This document shows positions 1 through 9,688 of a DNA stretch of 64,000 nt, one piece after another. The notes beneath the pieces were generated by a model that did not search any database, was not told the origin of the DNA, and saw only the letters and a list, made by a program, of their open reading frames with translations. Position numbers and translations under genes: made by a program. Source of the stretch: an uncultured Candidatus Binatia bacterium (GTDB lineage: Bacteria > Desulfobacterota > Binatia > Bin18); contig OZ241332.1 of NCBI GenBank assembly GCA_965200125.1, positions 1,668,749 through 1,732,748 on the forward strand. The letters run 5' to 3'. The stretch's first letter is position 1; every line of letters begins with the position of its first letter.

Positions 1-1059
1 AACGTGTGCATCAAACACTGCACCTTCTGCGCATTCAGCCGCGAGTACCGCGAGGAAGAAGGCTACTTCCTGCCCGAGGAAGAGATCGTCCGGCGCGCCG
101 GGGAAGCGGTGGACATGGGCGCTACCGAAGTCTGCATGCAGGCCGGGCTGCCGCCCAAGATGAAAGGCAGCCTGTACGTGGACCTGACGCGGACGGTCAA
201 GAAGGCGTTTCCCGACCTGCACGTCCACGCTTTCTCGCCCGAGGAAGTCTTGTACGGGTCGGTCCGTTCGGGCGCCTCGATTCCGGAGTATCTGCGCGAA
301 CTCAAGGACGCCGGCCTCGACACGCTGCCCGGCACGTCCGCGGAAATCCTGGACCAGGACATCCGTGACGTAATCGCCCCGGGCCGGATCACGACCAAGC
401 AGTGGATCGAAGTCATCACCTCCGCCCACGACCTCGGCATTCCGACGACATCCACGATCATGTACGGCCACATCGAGACGCCGGAGCACTGGGTCAAACA
501 CATGAATCTGCTGCGCGACATTCAGAAAGAGACCCACGGGTTCACCGAATTCGTGCCGCTGTCCCTCATCCACCAGGAGGCGCCCATGTATCAGCGCAAA
601 CTGGTCGATGGCGTGCGCGAGGGCGCGACCGGGGCCGAAGTCATCAAGATGCACGCCGTGGCGCGGCTGATGCTCGGCCCCACGTTCCGCAACATCCAGT
701 CGTCGTGGGTCAAAGAAGGGCCCAAGCTGTCCCAGTACCTGCTGACCGTGGGCGCCAACGACCTGGGCGGCACGCTCATCAACGAGAGCATTTCCACCTC
801 CGCCGGCGCCCAGTACGGCCAACTCGTGCCCCCCAAGGAATTGCGCCGCTTAGTCCGCGACATCGGTCGGACGCCGGCCGAGCGGTTCACGACGTACAAG
901 CTGCGCACGGTGTTCGACGGGACGGACGAAAAACTGAGTCCGCTGGACATGATCGAAAATCCCGACGAACGGTTCGGGTCGTACCGCAAGCTGGCCGCCT
1001 CGGACGCGTTCCGGTACGTGCACCCCTTCGAGCGCGACAAGCAGGCCGCGGCGCATTGA
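1..1059 (+). CDS. cofH: FO synthase CofH-type radical SAM domain (cofH or C-terminal domain of FbiC); 5' end cut by window edge
   Basis: The translation starts inside the radical-SAM CxxxCxFCAF motif (NVCIKHCTFCAF), which is CofH-type; CofG has CxYCTF. About 350 aa of CofH-like sequence follow. It sits directly upstream of cofD and cofE. Confidence 0.8.
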   Translation, partial: NVCIKHCTFCAFSREYREEEGYFLPEEEIVRRAGEAVDMGATEVCMQAGLPPKMKGSLYVDLTRTVKKAFPDLHVHAFSPEEVLYGSVRSGASIPEYLRELKDAGLDTLPGTSAEILDQDIRDVIAPGRITTKQWIEVITSAHDLGIPTTSTIMYGHIETPEHWVKHMNLLRDIQKETHGFTEFVPLSLIHQEAPMYQRKLVDGVREGATGAEVIKMHAVARLMLGPTFRNIQSSWVKEGPKLSQYLLTVGANDLGGTLINESISTSAGAQYGQLVPPKELRRLVRDIGRTPAERFTTYKLRTVFDGTDEKLSPLDMIENPDERFGSYRKLAASDAFRYVHPFERDKQAAAH

Positions 1060-1105
1060 GTCCGGCTCCGCCGGCGTCTCCGCAAACACCGTCGGTGGAC
1101 GGGCC

Positions 1106-2089
1106 GTGCCGACTCCCTTCCGCATCACAGCTTTGGCAGGCGGCGTGGGCGCCGCGCGATTCCTGCGCGGCGTCGTGCGTGTCGTGCCGCCCGCGGACCT
1201 GACCGTCATCGTCAATACGGGCGACGACGAAGAATTCTTCGGCCTGTCCGTCTCGCCCGATCTGGACACCGTCACCTATACGCTGGCCGGCGCGGTCGAT
1301 GCCGAAAAAGGCTGGGGGCTGCCGGACGAGACGCATCGCTGTCTGGACGCGCTGGAACGCTACTTCCCCGAGACGTGGTTCGGCCTGGGCGACGCCGACT
1401 TGGCGACCCACCTGTTTCGGACCGAACGGCTGCGCCGCGGGGAGCCGCTCAGCCGGGTCACGGCAGAAATCGTCCGCCGCTGGAACGTCGCCGCGCGCGT
1501 GCTGCCCATGAGCGACGACCGCGTGCGGACCGTCGTCACGACCGAGGACGGGGTGCTGCCGTTTCAGGAATACTTCGTCAAGCGGCGCGCGGAAGGGCGG
1601 GTTTCCGCGGTGACCTTTCGCCACGTCGAGACGGCGCGGCCCGCGCCGGGCGTGTGCGAGGCCATTGCCGCGGCCGACCTGATCGTCCTGCCGCCCAGCA
1701 ATCCGATCGTCAGCATCGGCCCGATTCTGGCCCTCCCCGGCGTCCGCGAGACCCTGCGTCGAGCCGCGGCGCCCGTGGCCGCCGTCAGTCCGCTGATCGC
1801 CGGGAAACCCGTCAAGGGACCGGCCGACCGGATGCTGGCCGGTTTGGGCATCGAAGTCTCGGCCGCGGGCATCGCCGATTCGTACGACGACTTCGTGGAC
1901 ACCTTCGTGCTGGACCGGCGGGACGTTGAAAGTGAATCCGCTGGTGCCGCTGCCGTGCGCAAGCGGATAGAGGCGATGGGGATGGACGTTCTCGTTACCG
2001 AGACCCTCATGCGCGATATGGACACGTCCGTGGCTCTGGCGCGCACCGTCATCCGGCATCCGCACCGCAAACGCACCCGGCGCGGCTGA
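1106..2089 (+). CDS. cofD: 2-phospho-L-lactate transferase (LPPG:FO transferase) CofD
   Basis: 327 aa with a GTG start. The N-terminal ALAGGVGAARFL motif and overall CofD/UPF0052 family similarity support the call, as does its position in the F420 cluster. Confidence 0.85.
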   Translation: MPTPFRITALAGGVGAARFLRGVVRVVPPADLTVIVNTGDDEEFFGLSVSPDLDTVTYTLAGAVDAEKGWGLPDETHRCLDALERYFPETWFGLGDADLATHLFRTERLRRGEPLSRVTAEIVRRWNVAARVLPMSDDRVRTVVTTEDGVLPFQEYFVKRRAEGRVSAVTFRHVETARPAPGVCEAIAAADLIVLPPSNPIVSIGPILALPGVRETLRRAAAPVAAVSPLIAGKPVKGPADRMLAGLGIEVSAAGIADSYDDFVDTFVLDRRDVESESAGAAAVRKRIEAMGMDVLVTETLMRDMDTSVALARTVIRHPHRKRTRRG

Positions 2090-2110
2090 GGACGGACGCG
2101 AGGATTTCCC

Positions 2111-2863
2111 ATGAACACGATTGCCATCATCCCCGTTCCCGGCGTACCGCAGATCCAGCCCGGCGACGACCTGCCGGCGCTGCTGCTGGCCGCGATCGAC
2201 GTGGCCAAGGTCGGCCTCAAGGACGGCGACATCCTGGTGCTGTGCCAGAAGATCGTATCGAAAGCCGAGGGCGCCGTGGTCGACCTGGGGACCGTCACGC
2301 CGTCGGCCTTCGCCCGGCAGGTCGCCGACATGTGGGACAAGGACCCGCGCATGGTCGAGGTCGTGCTGACCGAGAGCAGCCGCATCGTGCGCATGAAGAA
2401 CGGCGTCGTCATCACCGAGAGCAAACACGGCTGGGTGTGCGCCAACTCCGGGGTGGACGCCTCCAACACGCTGGCCGACGACGTGGTCATTCTCCTACCG
2501 AAGGACCCGGACGCCTCCGCCCGTCGGTTGCGGCTGGCCATAGAGCGGGAACGGGGCACCTCCATCGGCGTCATCATTACCGACACGTTCGGCCGGCCGT
2601 GGCGCGACGGCCTGGTCGAATTCGCGTTGGGCGTATCCGGACTCGACCCACTCGACGACCAGCGCGGCGAAGAAGATCTGCAAGGCCGCGAGTTGCACCA
2701 CACGGTCATCGCCGTGGCCGACGAACTGGCCGCGGCCGCGGGCCTGCTCATGGAAAAGAGCGCGGCCATGCCGGCCGTGATCGTGCGCGGCTATCGCTAC
2801 ACCCCCGCGGACGTAGGCAGCGAGTCGCTCAAGCGGCCCGCGGACGCCGACCTGTTCCGGTAG
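2111..2863 (+). CDS. cofE: coenzyme F420:L-glutamate ligase CofE
   Basis: 250 aa with an ATG start and a GAGGA ribosome-binding site at 2099-2103. CofE-like sequence (ILVLCQKIVSKAEG, CANSGVD). Confidence 0.85.
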   Translation: MNTIAIIPVPGVPQIQPGDDLPALLLAAIDVAKVGLKDGDILVLCQKIVSKAEGAVVDLGTVTPSAFARQVADMWDKDPRMVEVVLTESSRIVRMKNGVVITESKHGWVCANSGVDASNTLADDVVILLPKDPDASARRLRLAIERERGTSIGVIITDTFGRPWRDGLVEFALGVSGLDPLDDQRGEEDLQGRELHHTVIAVADELAAAAGLLMEKSAAMPAVIVRGYRYTPADVGSESLKRPADADLFR

Positions 2864-2890
2864 GCAGCGCAGCCCCTCCTTCCTGAGATT

Positions 2891-2952
2891 CGGACCCTCT
2901 CCCCCGGATCAAGTCCAGGGCAGGCTCCAGCCCCCTCCCGGAGGGAGAGGGG
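2891..2952. repeat. REP/MITE-like element family A, copy 1 (ggaccctctcccccggatcaagtccagggcaggctc plus a CCCTCCC/GGGAGGG hairpin)
   Basis: It is about 90% identical to the reverse complement of 15626-15692 and related to 4287-4340. It carries internal GGGAGAGGG/CCCTCTCCC inverted repeats and lies between cofE and fbp. Confidence 0.7.
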
Positions 2953-3171
2953 ATTCGGAAGGAAAAACCCCTTCTCCCTCGAGAGGGGGTCCTCGGACGT
3001 CGCCTCCGCCCCTGAATTTCAGCCGAACCCTTCCCCGCTCCCGCCGGTTTTGGCGTCCGCCGCCCGCGTGTGATAGGGAACGGCCTCCGACGCCCTTCGA
3101 GCGTTTCGTCAAGCACTGCCGGGCCGCGCCGGCCGGGGAGGCGCGTCGAGGAGGCTCACGAGGAGGAACGT

Positions 3172-4185
3172 ATGCCGACCGAGCGCATCACCCTGACCCG
3201 CCACATTCTCATGCAGCAACAGCGCCATCCGGGCGCAACCGGCGAATTTTCCATCCTGCTGTCCCAGATTGCACTGGCCGCCAAACGCATCTCGCGACGG
3301 CTGCGCGTGGCCGGGCTGACCGATGCGCTCGGCACGACCGGCGACGTCAACGTCCAGGGTGAGGTCGTCCAGAAGCTGGACGAAATCTCGAACGAGGCGT
3401 TTCTCGAATCCTTTGCCGACGGCCAACTCGTCTCCGAGATGGTCTCCGAAGAAATGGCACAGCCCGAACGGATCGTCGGCAACGCCGACAAGGGCAAATA
3501 CATCGTGTTCGTGGACCCGCTGGACGGCTCATCGAACATCGACGTGGACGTGACGATCGGGTCGATCTTCTCGGTGCACCGGCGGCCCGCCGGCCGCGGC
3601 GAGGCGTTCACCAAGTCGCTGCGCCTGCCGGGCCGGGAGCAGGTCGCGGCCGGCTATGCGTTGTACGGCCCGAACACGATGCTGATCTACACCGCGGGGA
3701 GCGGCACGCACGGCTTCACCCTCGACCCCGGTATCGGCGACTTCTTCCTCTCCCACGAAGACATCCGCATCCCGGAGCGCGGCACGACCTACAGCATCAA
3801 CGAGGGACGGCGCAACGCGTGGTTCCCGGAAACGCGCGGCTATATCGACGCCCTCCAGCAACAGGACAAGGCCAGCGGCCGGCCTTACTCCGCGCGCTAC
3901 GTTGGCTCGCTCGTCGCCGACTTCCACCGCACCCTGCTGAAAGGCGGCATCTTTCTGTATCCGGCCGACCCCAAGAACACGCGCGGCAAGCTCCGGCTGA
4001 TGTACGAAGCCGCGCCCATGGCCATGGTCATCGAACAGGCCGGCGGACGTGCTAGCACCGGCACACAGCCGATCCGCGACGTCGTGCCCTCGGCCCTGCA
4101 CGAACGCACGCCGCTCCTGATCGGCAGCAAGCTGGACGTAGAAGAAGCCGAATCGTTCTACCAAACGGGCACGCGAACCGGATGA
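3172..4185 (+). CDS. fbp: fructose-1,6-bisphosphatase class 1
   Basis: 337 aa with AGGAGG at 3161-3166. FBPase class 1 sequence (GEFSILLSQIALAAKRISRRL, DPLDGSSNIDV). Confidence 0.92.
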   Translation: MPTERITLTRHILMQQQRHPGATGEFSILLSQIALAAKRISRRLRVAGLTDALGTTGDVNVQGEVVQKLDEISNEAFLESFADGQLVSEMVSEEMAQPERIVGNADKGKYIVFVDPLDGSSNIDVDVTIGSIFSVHRRPAGRGEAFTKSLRLPGREQVAAGYALYGPNTMLIYTAGSGTHGFTLDPGIGDFFLSHEDIRIPERGTTYSINEGRRNAWFPETRGYIDALQQQDKASGRPYSARYVGSLVADFHRTLLKGGIFLYPADPKNTRGKLRLMYEAAPMAMVIEQAGGRASTGTQPIRDVVPSALHERTPLLIGSKLDVEEAESFYQTGTRTG

Positions 4186-4286
4186 AACCACGGGCCGGTT
4201 CGAGTTTCAGTGTGTGATTCTCCCTCGGCCCAACCCTCCGCCCTTCGACCTTTCGGCAGGCTCGAGGCACCGCAAGCTCAGGGACC

Positions 4287-4340
4287 ACCGGGAGAGGCGA
4301 GAGCCCGCCCCGGACTTGATCCGGGAGAGGAGGCTCGAAC
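4287..4340. repeat. REP/MITE-like element family A, diverged copy 3
   Basis: The segment accgggagaggcgagagcccgccccggacttgatccgggagaggaggctcgaacc aligns at about 80% with 15638-15692. It lies in the 350-bp leader of the aldolase gene. Confidence 0.5.
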
Positions 4341-4534
4341 CCGCACCATTCCATCCGCCCGGAAGTCCCAAAACGAGACACGACCTTCCTGGGAACGCGG
4401 CCGTCTCGCCCGCATCCTTCTGGAGTGCACCGGCCTGGAGGTCTCAAATAGAGACTCGACTGCCGCCCTTGGACGCGACCGCGGATGTATGGTTAGCTAC
4501 GCACACACGCGACACACGGCGAGGAGGTGCCACC

Positions 4535-5458
4535 ATGACGGAACGGGTCAAGGAAATCCTGAGCTGGTACGAGGGCGACAATCCGGGGACGCGCACGAAT
4601 CTCGCGCGGCTGCTTGATCACGGGCGGTTGGCCGGGACCGGCAAGCTGGTCATCCTGCCGGTCGATCAGGGGTTCGAGCACGGCCCGGCGCGCAGCTTCG
4701 CCCCCAACCCGGCCGGCTACGACCCGGACTACCATTTCCAACTCGCCATCGACACGGGCTGCAACGCGTACGCCGCGCCGCTCGGCTTCCTGGAAGCGGG
4801 CGCCGACCGTTTTCTGGACCGCGTGCCGCTGATTCTGAAACTCAACAACCATGATGTGCTGCACGACGAAAAAGACCCGCTCTCCGCGGTGACCAGCGGC
4901 GTGGACGACGCCCTGCGGCTCGGCTGCGTCGCGGTCGGCTTCACGATCTACCCCGGCTCGTCCGCGGCACAGACCATGTACGGGCAACTCCGCGAAATTG
5001 CTCACGAGGCCAAGGCCAGGGGGCTGGCAGTCGTCGTATGGTCCTATCCGCGCGGCTCGGACCTGAGCAAGGCGGGCGAGACCGCCATCGACGTCGTGGC
5101 GTACGCGGCACAGATCGCGGCGCAGATGGGCGCCCACGTCATCAAGGTCAAACTGCCGAGCAACCACGTCGAATTGGGCGAAGCGCAGAAGGCGTACCAG
5201 AAGCATCACGTACCCATCGTCACACCGGCCGAGCGCGTCCGACACGTCGTACAGAGCGCCTTCGACGCCAAGCGGATCGTCATCTTCTCGGGCGGCGCGG
5301 CCAAAGGCGACGAGGAGTTCTTCGACGAGGTGCGCGCTATCCGTGACGGTGGCGGCTTCGGCTCCATCATCGGGCGCAACTCGTTCCAGCGTGTGAAGGA
5401 AGACGCCCACGCCTTTCTCGACACGGTCATGGGCATCTACGAAGGCTCGATCCCGTAA
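4535..5458 (+). CDS. class I fructose-bisphosphate aldolase (DhnA/archaeal type)
   Basis: 307 aa with GAGGAGG at 4521-4527. The VILPVDQGFEHGP and VIKVKLP motifs match the class-I FBA family. It sits next to fbp. Confidence 0.85.
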   Translation: MTERVKEILSWYEGDNPGTRTNLARLLDHGRLAGTGKLVILPVDQGFEHGPARSFAPNPAGYDPDYHFQLAIDTGCNAYAAPLGFLEAGADRFLDRVPLILKLNNHDVLHDEKDPLSAVTSGVDDALRLGCVAVGFTIYPGSSAAQTMYGQLREIAHEAKARGLAVVVWSYPRGSDLSKAGETAIDVVAYAAQIAAQMGAHVIKVKLPSNHVELGEAQKAYQKHHVPIVTPAERVRHVVQSAFDAKRIVIFSGGAAKGDEEFFDEVRAIRDGGGFGSIIGRNSFQRVKEDAHAFLDTVMGIYEGSIP

Positions 5459-5598
5459 CCCTCGAGCGTACATTTCCCTCCCCTCTCCCCTGGTGGGAGA
5501 CGGGGAAGGTGAAGATCCTTCCGAGGGTGACCAGTGTCGATCATGAGGGGCGCCAGTTGGTTCCTGTTTGCACGTTAGCCGTCCCATTAAAGAGACCC

Positions 5599-6276
5599 CT
5601 ACCGTGCGTCCGTATAAAACGCCTTGAGCGTACTTGGCAGAACACCCACGCAATGGGCCAGCCGTAACCCCCACATCAGGACGATCGTTCGGATCACCCC
5701 GTGCCGCTGCCAACGGCGGGCGGAAGTGCAGACGCGGGGCCGCAGACAAGCGAGCCGGCCGCGGCGCTTCAGCCGCCGGCTGAATTCCACGTCCTCCATC
5801 AGATCCCAGTCCGGGAAACCGTCAAGGGCGGCGAACGTCTCCGCACGCACGAAGATTCCCTGATCGCCGGTCGCGATCCGCGTCCAGCGCGAGCGGACGT
5901 TCATCAGCGTTTCGATCATCCGAAAGGCCCCGCCCGCGGCGTCCAGCCGCACGTCGAACCGGCCGCCGACCACCGCGGGGTCGGCCAAGCTCTCGGCGAT
6001 CAGTCGCGCGAATCTGGCGGGCGGCCGGCTGTCCGCGTGGAGAAACAGCAGGGCTTGACCGCCTGCGATGCGCGCGCCGGCGTTCATCTGCCGGGCCCGC
6101 CCGCGCGGGGCGCAGATCACCCGGTCGGCGACGGCGCGGGCCAACTTACGAGTCCCGTCCCGGCTGCCGCCGTCGGTCACGATGATTTCGCAGTCGTCGG
6201 CCTGCCGCACGGCAGCGAGCGTCCGCGCGATGACGTCCGCCTCGTCGAGAGTCGGCACGATGACGCTGACACGCAT
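5599..6276 (-). CDS. family 2 glycosyltransferase (small TIGR04283-like GT2)
   Basis: 225 aa. It starts VSVIVPTLDEA and contains a DGGSRDGT motif. It is the last gene of a five-gene minus-strand operon. Confidence 0.8.
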   Translation of the reverse strand: MRVSVIVPTLDEADVIARTLAAVRQADDCEIIVTDGGSRDGTRKLARAVADRVICAPRGRARQMNAGARIAGGQALLFLHADSRPPARFARLIAESLADPAVVGGRFDVRLDAAGGAFRMIETLMNVRSRWTRIATGDQGIFVRAETFAALDGFPDWDLMEDVEFSRRLKRRGRLACLRPRVCTSARRWQRHGVIRTIVLMWGLRLAHCVGVLPSTLKAFYTDAR

Positions 6277-6286
6277 GAGCGTGGAA

Positions 6287-6691
6287 TCACCCGCCGACGC
6301 GGAGAAAGGCGAGCGTGAGTTGCCGCTTGAGACGCGCCTGATCCGCGGCGTCCACCCCCGTACAAGTCACGCGTAGCAACGTCCGCGGGCGCGCATGGGC
6401 GCCGCCGAACGGACCCGGTTCGGAACCCAACGGCTGCACGCGCACATCGACCGATCCCGCCCCGAGCGTGGTCCGGTATTGCCAGGGTGTCGAACCGGCG
6501 TCCGGGCCGCTGACGGCGTCTTCGCGGGTGTACGCATACTCGTGCTGCCGGAACAGCGCCTCCAAGCACGGCACGACTTCGTCCGGGGCGAAGGCCAGAT
6601 TCCATTCCAGCGTCCATTCCCCCACGGTTTCGCTCACTATGCCCTCCTTCATCGGCCCACCCGCGATCCGGCCCCATTTCGCCCGGCTCAT
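6287..6691 (-). CDS. hypothetical protein (134 aa)
   Basis: GC3-rich ORF. Its ATG overlaps the stop of the upstream GT2 gene in an ATGA arrangement. No family is recognised. Confidence 0.5.
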   Translation of the reverse strand: MSRAKWGRIAGGPMKEGIVSETVGEWTLEWNLAFAPDEVVPCLEALFRQHEYAYTREDAVSGPDAGSTPWQYRTTLGAGSVDVRVQPLGSEPGPFGGAHARPRTLLRVTCTGVDAADQARLKRQLTLAFLRVGG

Positions 6692-7380
6692 CTTGCGTAC
6701 CGGAAGACGGTCCACAGAATTTTCGTTCCGGCCAGCAGCGTGCCTTTGAGCGTCCCGCTGACCTTGGACCGACCGATACGCGGACGATAGCCCACCGGCA
6801 CCTCGGTGATCCGCAGCCCGCGGCGTACTGCCTTGATCTGCATTTCCACGGTCCAGCCGTAGGTCTCGTCACGCATGTCGAGCGCCAACAGTTTGTCGAA
6901 CCGGATGGCGCGGAACGGCCCCAGGTCGGTGTACCGAAATCCGTACAACAGCCGGATCAAGCCGGTCGCCAGCGCGTTGCCGAACCGCGCGTGCCCGAGC
7001 AGCGCACCCGCTTCGGCGCGTTGGGGCCGCGAGCCGATCACCATGTCGTAGCCCCCGTCCAGAATCGGCTGCACGACCGCGGGCAGATCGCCGGGATAAT
7101 CGCTGTAGTCCCCGTCCAGAAAGACGACCACGTCGGGAGGCTGCGCCTTCAGGTGGGCGATGCCTGCCAGACAGGCACGACCGTAGCCCCGCCGCGGCTC
7201 GCTGACGACCGTGGCGCCGCAGTCGCGGGCGACGTGCGACGTGCCGTCGGAGGAGCCGTTGTCCACCACCACGACCTCGGCCAGCATGGCTGCGGGAAGG
7301 TCGGCCAGCACGCGGGGGAGCGAGACGGCTTCGTCGAGCGCGGGAATCACCACCGCGATGCGGTGCCGGTCGTCGCGCAT
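6688..7380 (-). CDS. GT2 polyprenyl-phosphate sugar synthase (Dpm1/Ppm1-like)
   Basis: 230 aa. The [21 protein letters not shown] and FLDGDYSD motifs are typical of dolichol/polyprenol-phosphate mannosyl- or glucosyltransferases. Confidence 0.8.
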   Translation of the reverse strand: MRDDRHRIAVVIPALDEAVSLPRVLADLPAAMLAEVVVVDNGSSDGTSHVARDCGATVVSEPRRGYGRACLAGIAHLKAQPPDVVVFLDGDYSDYPGDLPAVVQPILDGGYDMVIGSRPQRAEAGALLGHARFGNALATGLIRLLYGFRYTDLGPFRAIRFDKLLALDMRDETYGWTVEMQIKAVRRGLRITEVPVGYRPRIGRSKVSGTLKGTLLAGTKILWTVFRYAR

Positions 7381-7383
7381 GGC

Positions 7384-8133
7384 TCACGCCAGCAGATCGA
7401 ACCGGACGCGAACCGGCGTGCCGTCTGGCGGCAGGCGTTCTGCGTCCGCTCGGAACCGGACGGTGCGGGCCACGTAGTCGGCGATACTCACGGAGCGGTT
7501 GCTGACCTTACCGCTCGGGCAACTGTAGGCGCACAGCAGACAGCCGGGCCGTCCCCCGGCCGGCAGCCGATTCCACCAACGGTCGCGGTTCCCGCCGAAC
7601 GTCCAGACCGCGGGCACCGCGGCGGGCTGGACGGCTTGGAGTACCGCGGGCAGGGGTACGGTGTGCAGCCCCGGCCGGCCAACCTCTCGCCAGGAGAGAG
7701 AGATAGCCAACCGGCTGCCGCCGACCTTCCGGTGTGGGGCTGTGCTGTCTCGCCGGTGACGATGCGTCCACGTTTCAGGCGGTAGCCTATTGCCCGGTCG
7801 GGCGCCGATGGCGAGCAAGGCGTCGTGAAAGACTAGGTCGTCGACCGGCGTTTCGATCAGCGCGTTCGAAGCCCGTCCGTCCTGCCACGCCAGAACGTGG
7901 AACTGCGCCTCGCCTCCCGCGGCACGATTGAACCGGCCCGGATACATCACGCCATAGACGCTGACGTGGCGCGTGTCCGTAGAAACATGCAACGGAGCCG
8001 CGGGGCTGACCTCGAATCCCACCAGTGTAGGTAGCGATCCACCAACCTGCACCGACCCGATCCGGTCGGGACCGAACAGCACGTTCATCGCCGCCATGCC
8101 GACGGTCGCAAGGAGAACGGTGCGGAGGATCAT
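7384..8133 (-). CDS. secreted hypothetical protein (249 aa) with a CxxSCP motif, possibly DUF547-like
   Basis: The start was moved to the ATG at 8133, which overlaps the TGA of the upstream membrane GT in an ATGA arrangement. A signal-peptide-like N-terminus (MILRTVLLATVGMAAMNVLFG) is present. The C-terminal CLLCAYSCPSG motif is the basis for the DUF547 suggestion. Confidence 0.5.
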   Translation of the reverse strand: MILRTVLLATVGMAAMNVLFGPDRIGSVQVGGSLPTLVGFEVSPAAPLHVSTDTRHVSVYGVMYPGRFNRAAGGEAQFHVLAWQDGRASNALIETPVDDLVFHDALLAIGARPGNRLPPETWTHRHRRDSTAPHRKVGGSRLAISLSWREVGRPGLHTVPLPAVLQAVQPAAVPAVWTFGGNRDRWWNRLPAGGRPGCLLCAYSCPSGKVSNRSVSIADYVARTVRFRADAERLPPDGTPVRVRFDLLA

Positions 8134-9598
8134 GGGCGTCCCGTCCGGGCCACGGCGGAAGAGACGCCCGGGGCGAACGGCAACGGCCGGCCACGGTATC
8201 CCCGCCACGCCTCCCACACCAACAGCACGTAAAACGGAAGATATTCCACGCAGACGATCCAGCGGACGACTTCGGGCTGCCCACGATACAGAAAGAAGAA
8301 GCCAAGGTAGTACAGGCCCAACAGGCCGGACAAGCACAGCCACGATGCGCGTGGGAACAGACACACGAGCGGCATCACCCACACGTAATACCACGGATTG
8401 CCGACCGGGCTGAGCAGCAGCAGCGTCCCGATCACCAGAAAATATGCACGCGGCAGGGCGTCCGCGGATCCCTCTGCCCCCCTACGTAGTCCGATCAACA
8501 GCGCGGTCGCCACACCCAGGGCCGCTACGCCGTTCGCCAACCAACGTTCCGTCACGACATGCTGCACGACCGGAAACGCCAAGCTGTTGGTCAGCCATTC
8601 CTCCGCAAACGTGCCCGGCCCTTGCCACAGCGCGTCGCCCGCCGCGGCGAACGGAAGATACCCGCCCACGACGACCAGGCACGCCAGCGCCAACCCGCCT
8701 GCCGCGGACGGCGCCCCGTGTCGGCGCCACGTGTAGACCGTGCACAGCGGTACGAGAAGAACCGGAAAGAGCTTCGCCAGGGTGGCGAGCCCGAGTCCGG
8801 CGTGGGCCAGCAGGAATCGTCCATGAGACCCGCCCACACCGCCAGCATGACCAGCAGCATGGGCAGGACGTCGTAATGCGTGGAGTTGGCCGTTTCCTTG
8901 ATGACGAGCGGTGACCAAGCGTAGATCACGACCCAGCCAACCGGACGTCGGAGGCGGCGCAACAGTCCGACCAGCGCGGCCACGATCCCGAGATCCAGCA
9001 ACAGGAACTCGACCCGTAAGGCCGCCAGACTGCCCGGGGCCAGCATCGCGGCGAGGCCGAACGCAGCCTGGGCCGAGGGCGGGTACACCGTCGGCAGGTG
9101 GGGATGGTTCACGCGCGACAGGATGCGGGCGAATCCGTCATCCGCAACGGCGCGGTAGGCTTGGAGCGAACCCGTCTCGTCGGCTCCGGCATCGGCGACT
9201 TGCTGTGGACTGTAGCGGTACGGATTCAAGCCGCTCGCAACGACTTTGCCATCCCACAGGTAGCGGTAGAAATCGTCTTCCTGAATCGGCTCGGAATAGA
9301 GCAATATCCCCCGGAACAGCACCCCGAACACGACAATCGGCAACAGCGCGGTTGGCGTTGTCCGAGGTCGGGTGACACTCCACACTGCGACGCCGTACAC
9401 GGCGAACGCCGCGGCGTAGAGCGACAGATAGGCGACGATCGGCCGGTCGGCGTGACCCGTGCCGTACACGAACGCGTGGCTCAGCCACGCCATGCCGACA
9501 TAGACCGCGACCGACAGCAGGCCCGGAACGAGTACGTCAGGGAATCGACCCCACAGCGTCCGGTTGGGGGAGCAGAACACGGGACGGCGAACGGCCAT
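8130..9598 (-). pseudogene. GT-C fold integral-membrane glycosyltransferase (DUF2029/GT87-like), interrupted by a 1-nt frameshift near 8813-8818
   Basis: Two overlapping ORFs (8591..9637 and 8130..8918, frames differing by 1 nt) together encode one polytopic membrane protein of about 490 aa. The first loop carries a DD motif (EPIQEDDFYRY). The sensible translation switches frame between ...LAVWAGLMD and FLLAHAGLGLATLAKLF... There is no slippery heptamer at the switch. Confidence 0.6.
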
Positions 9599-9614
9599 GA
9601 GGGAGGAAAAGAGA

Positions 9615-9688
9615 CGCGCCCGGGGTGACTCGAACACCCAACCTACGGGTTCGAAGCCCGGTGCTCTATCCGATTGAGCTACGGGCGC
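9615..9688 (-). tRNA. tRNA-Arg (anticodon UCG)
   Basis: 74-nt cloverleaf derived by hand. Acceptor stem GCGCCCG/CGGGCGC, D stem GCTC/GAGC, anticodon loop CTTCGAA, T arm GGGTG-TTCGAGT-CACCC, discriminator G. No CCA is encoded. Confidence 0.75.

Noticed and set aside
887-2428. 513-aa minus-strand ORF overlapping cofD
   Set aside because: It is a shadow ORF. cofD on the plus strand has clear family similarity.
5599-7380. Arsenosugar/TIGR04282-TIGR04283 biosynthesis cluster
   Set aside because: The small GT2 resembles the TIGR04283 type, but there is no DUF2064 (TIGR04282) partner and no radical-SAM ArsS nearby. The intervening 134-aa protein does not match either.
7384-8394. Long (336-aa) version of the secreted-protein ORF
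   Set aside because: The upstream 87 codons overlap the real 3' end of the membrane GT in another frame. The start was moved to the ATG at 8133, which gives an ATGA overlap and a signal peptide.
8800-8830. Programmed -1 ribosomal frameshift in the GT-C gene
   Set aside because: There is no X XXY YYZ slippery heptamer or downstream structure at the frame junction. An indel (mutation or sequencing error) is more likely.
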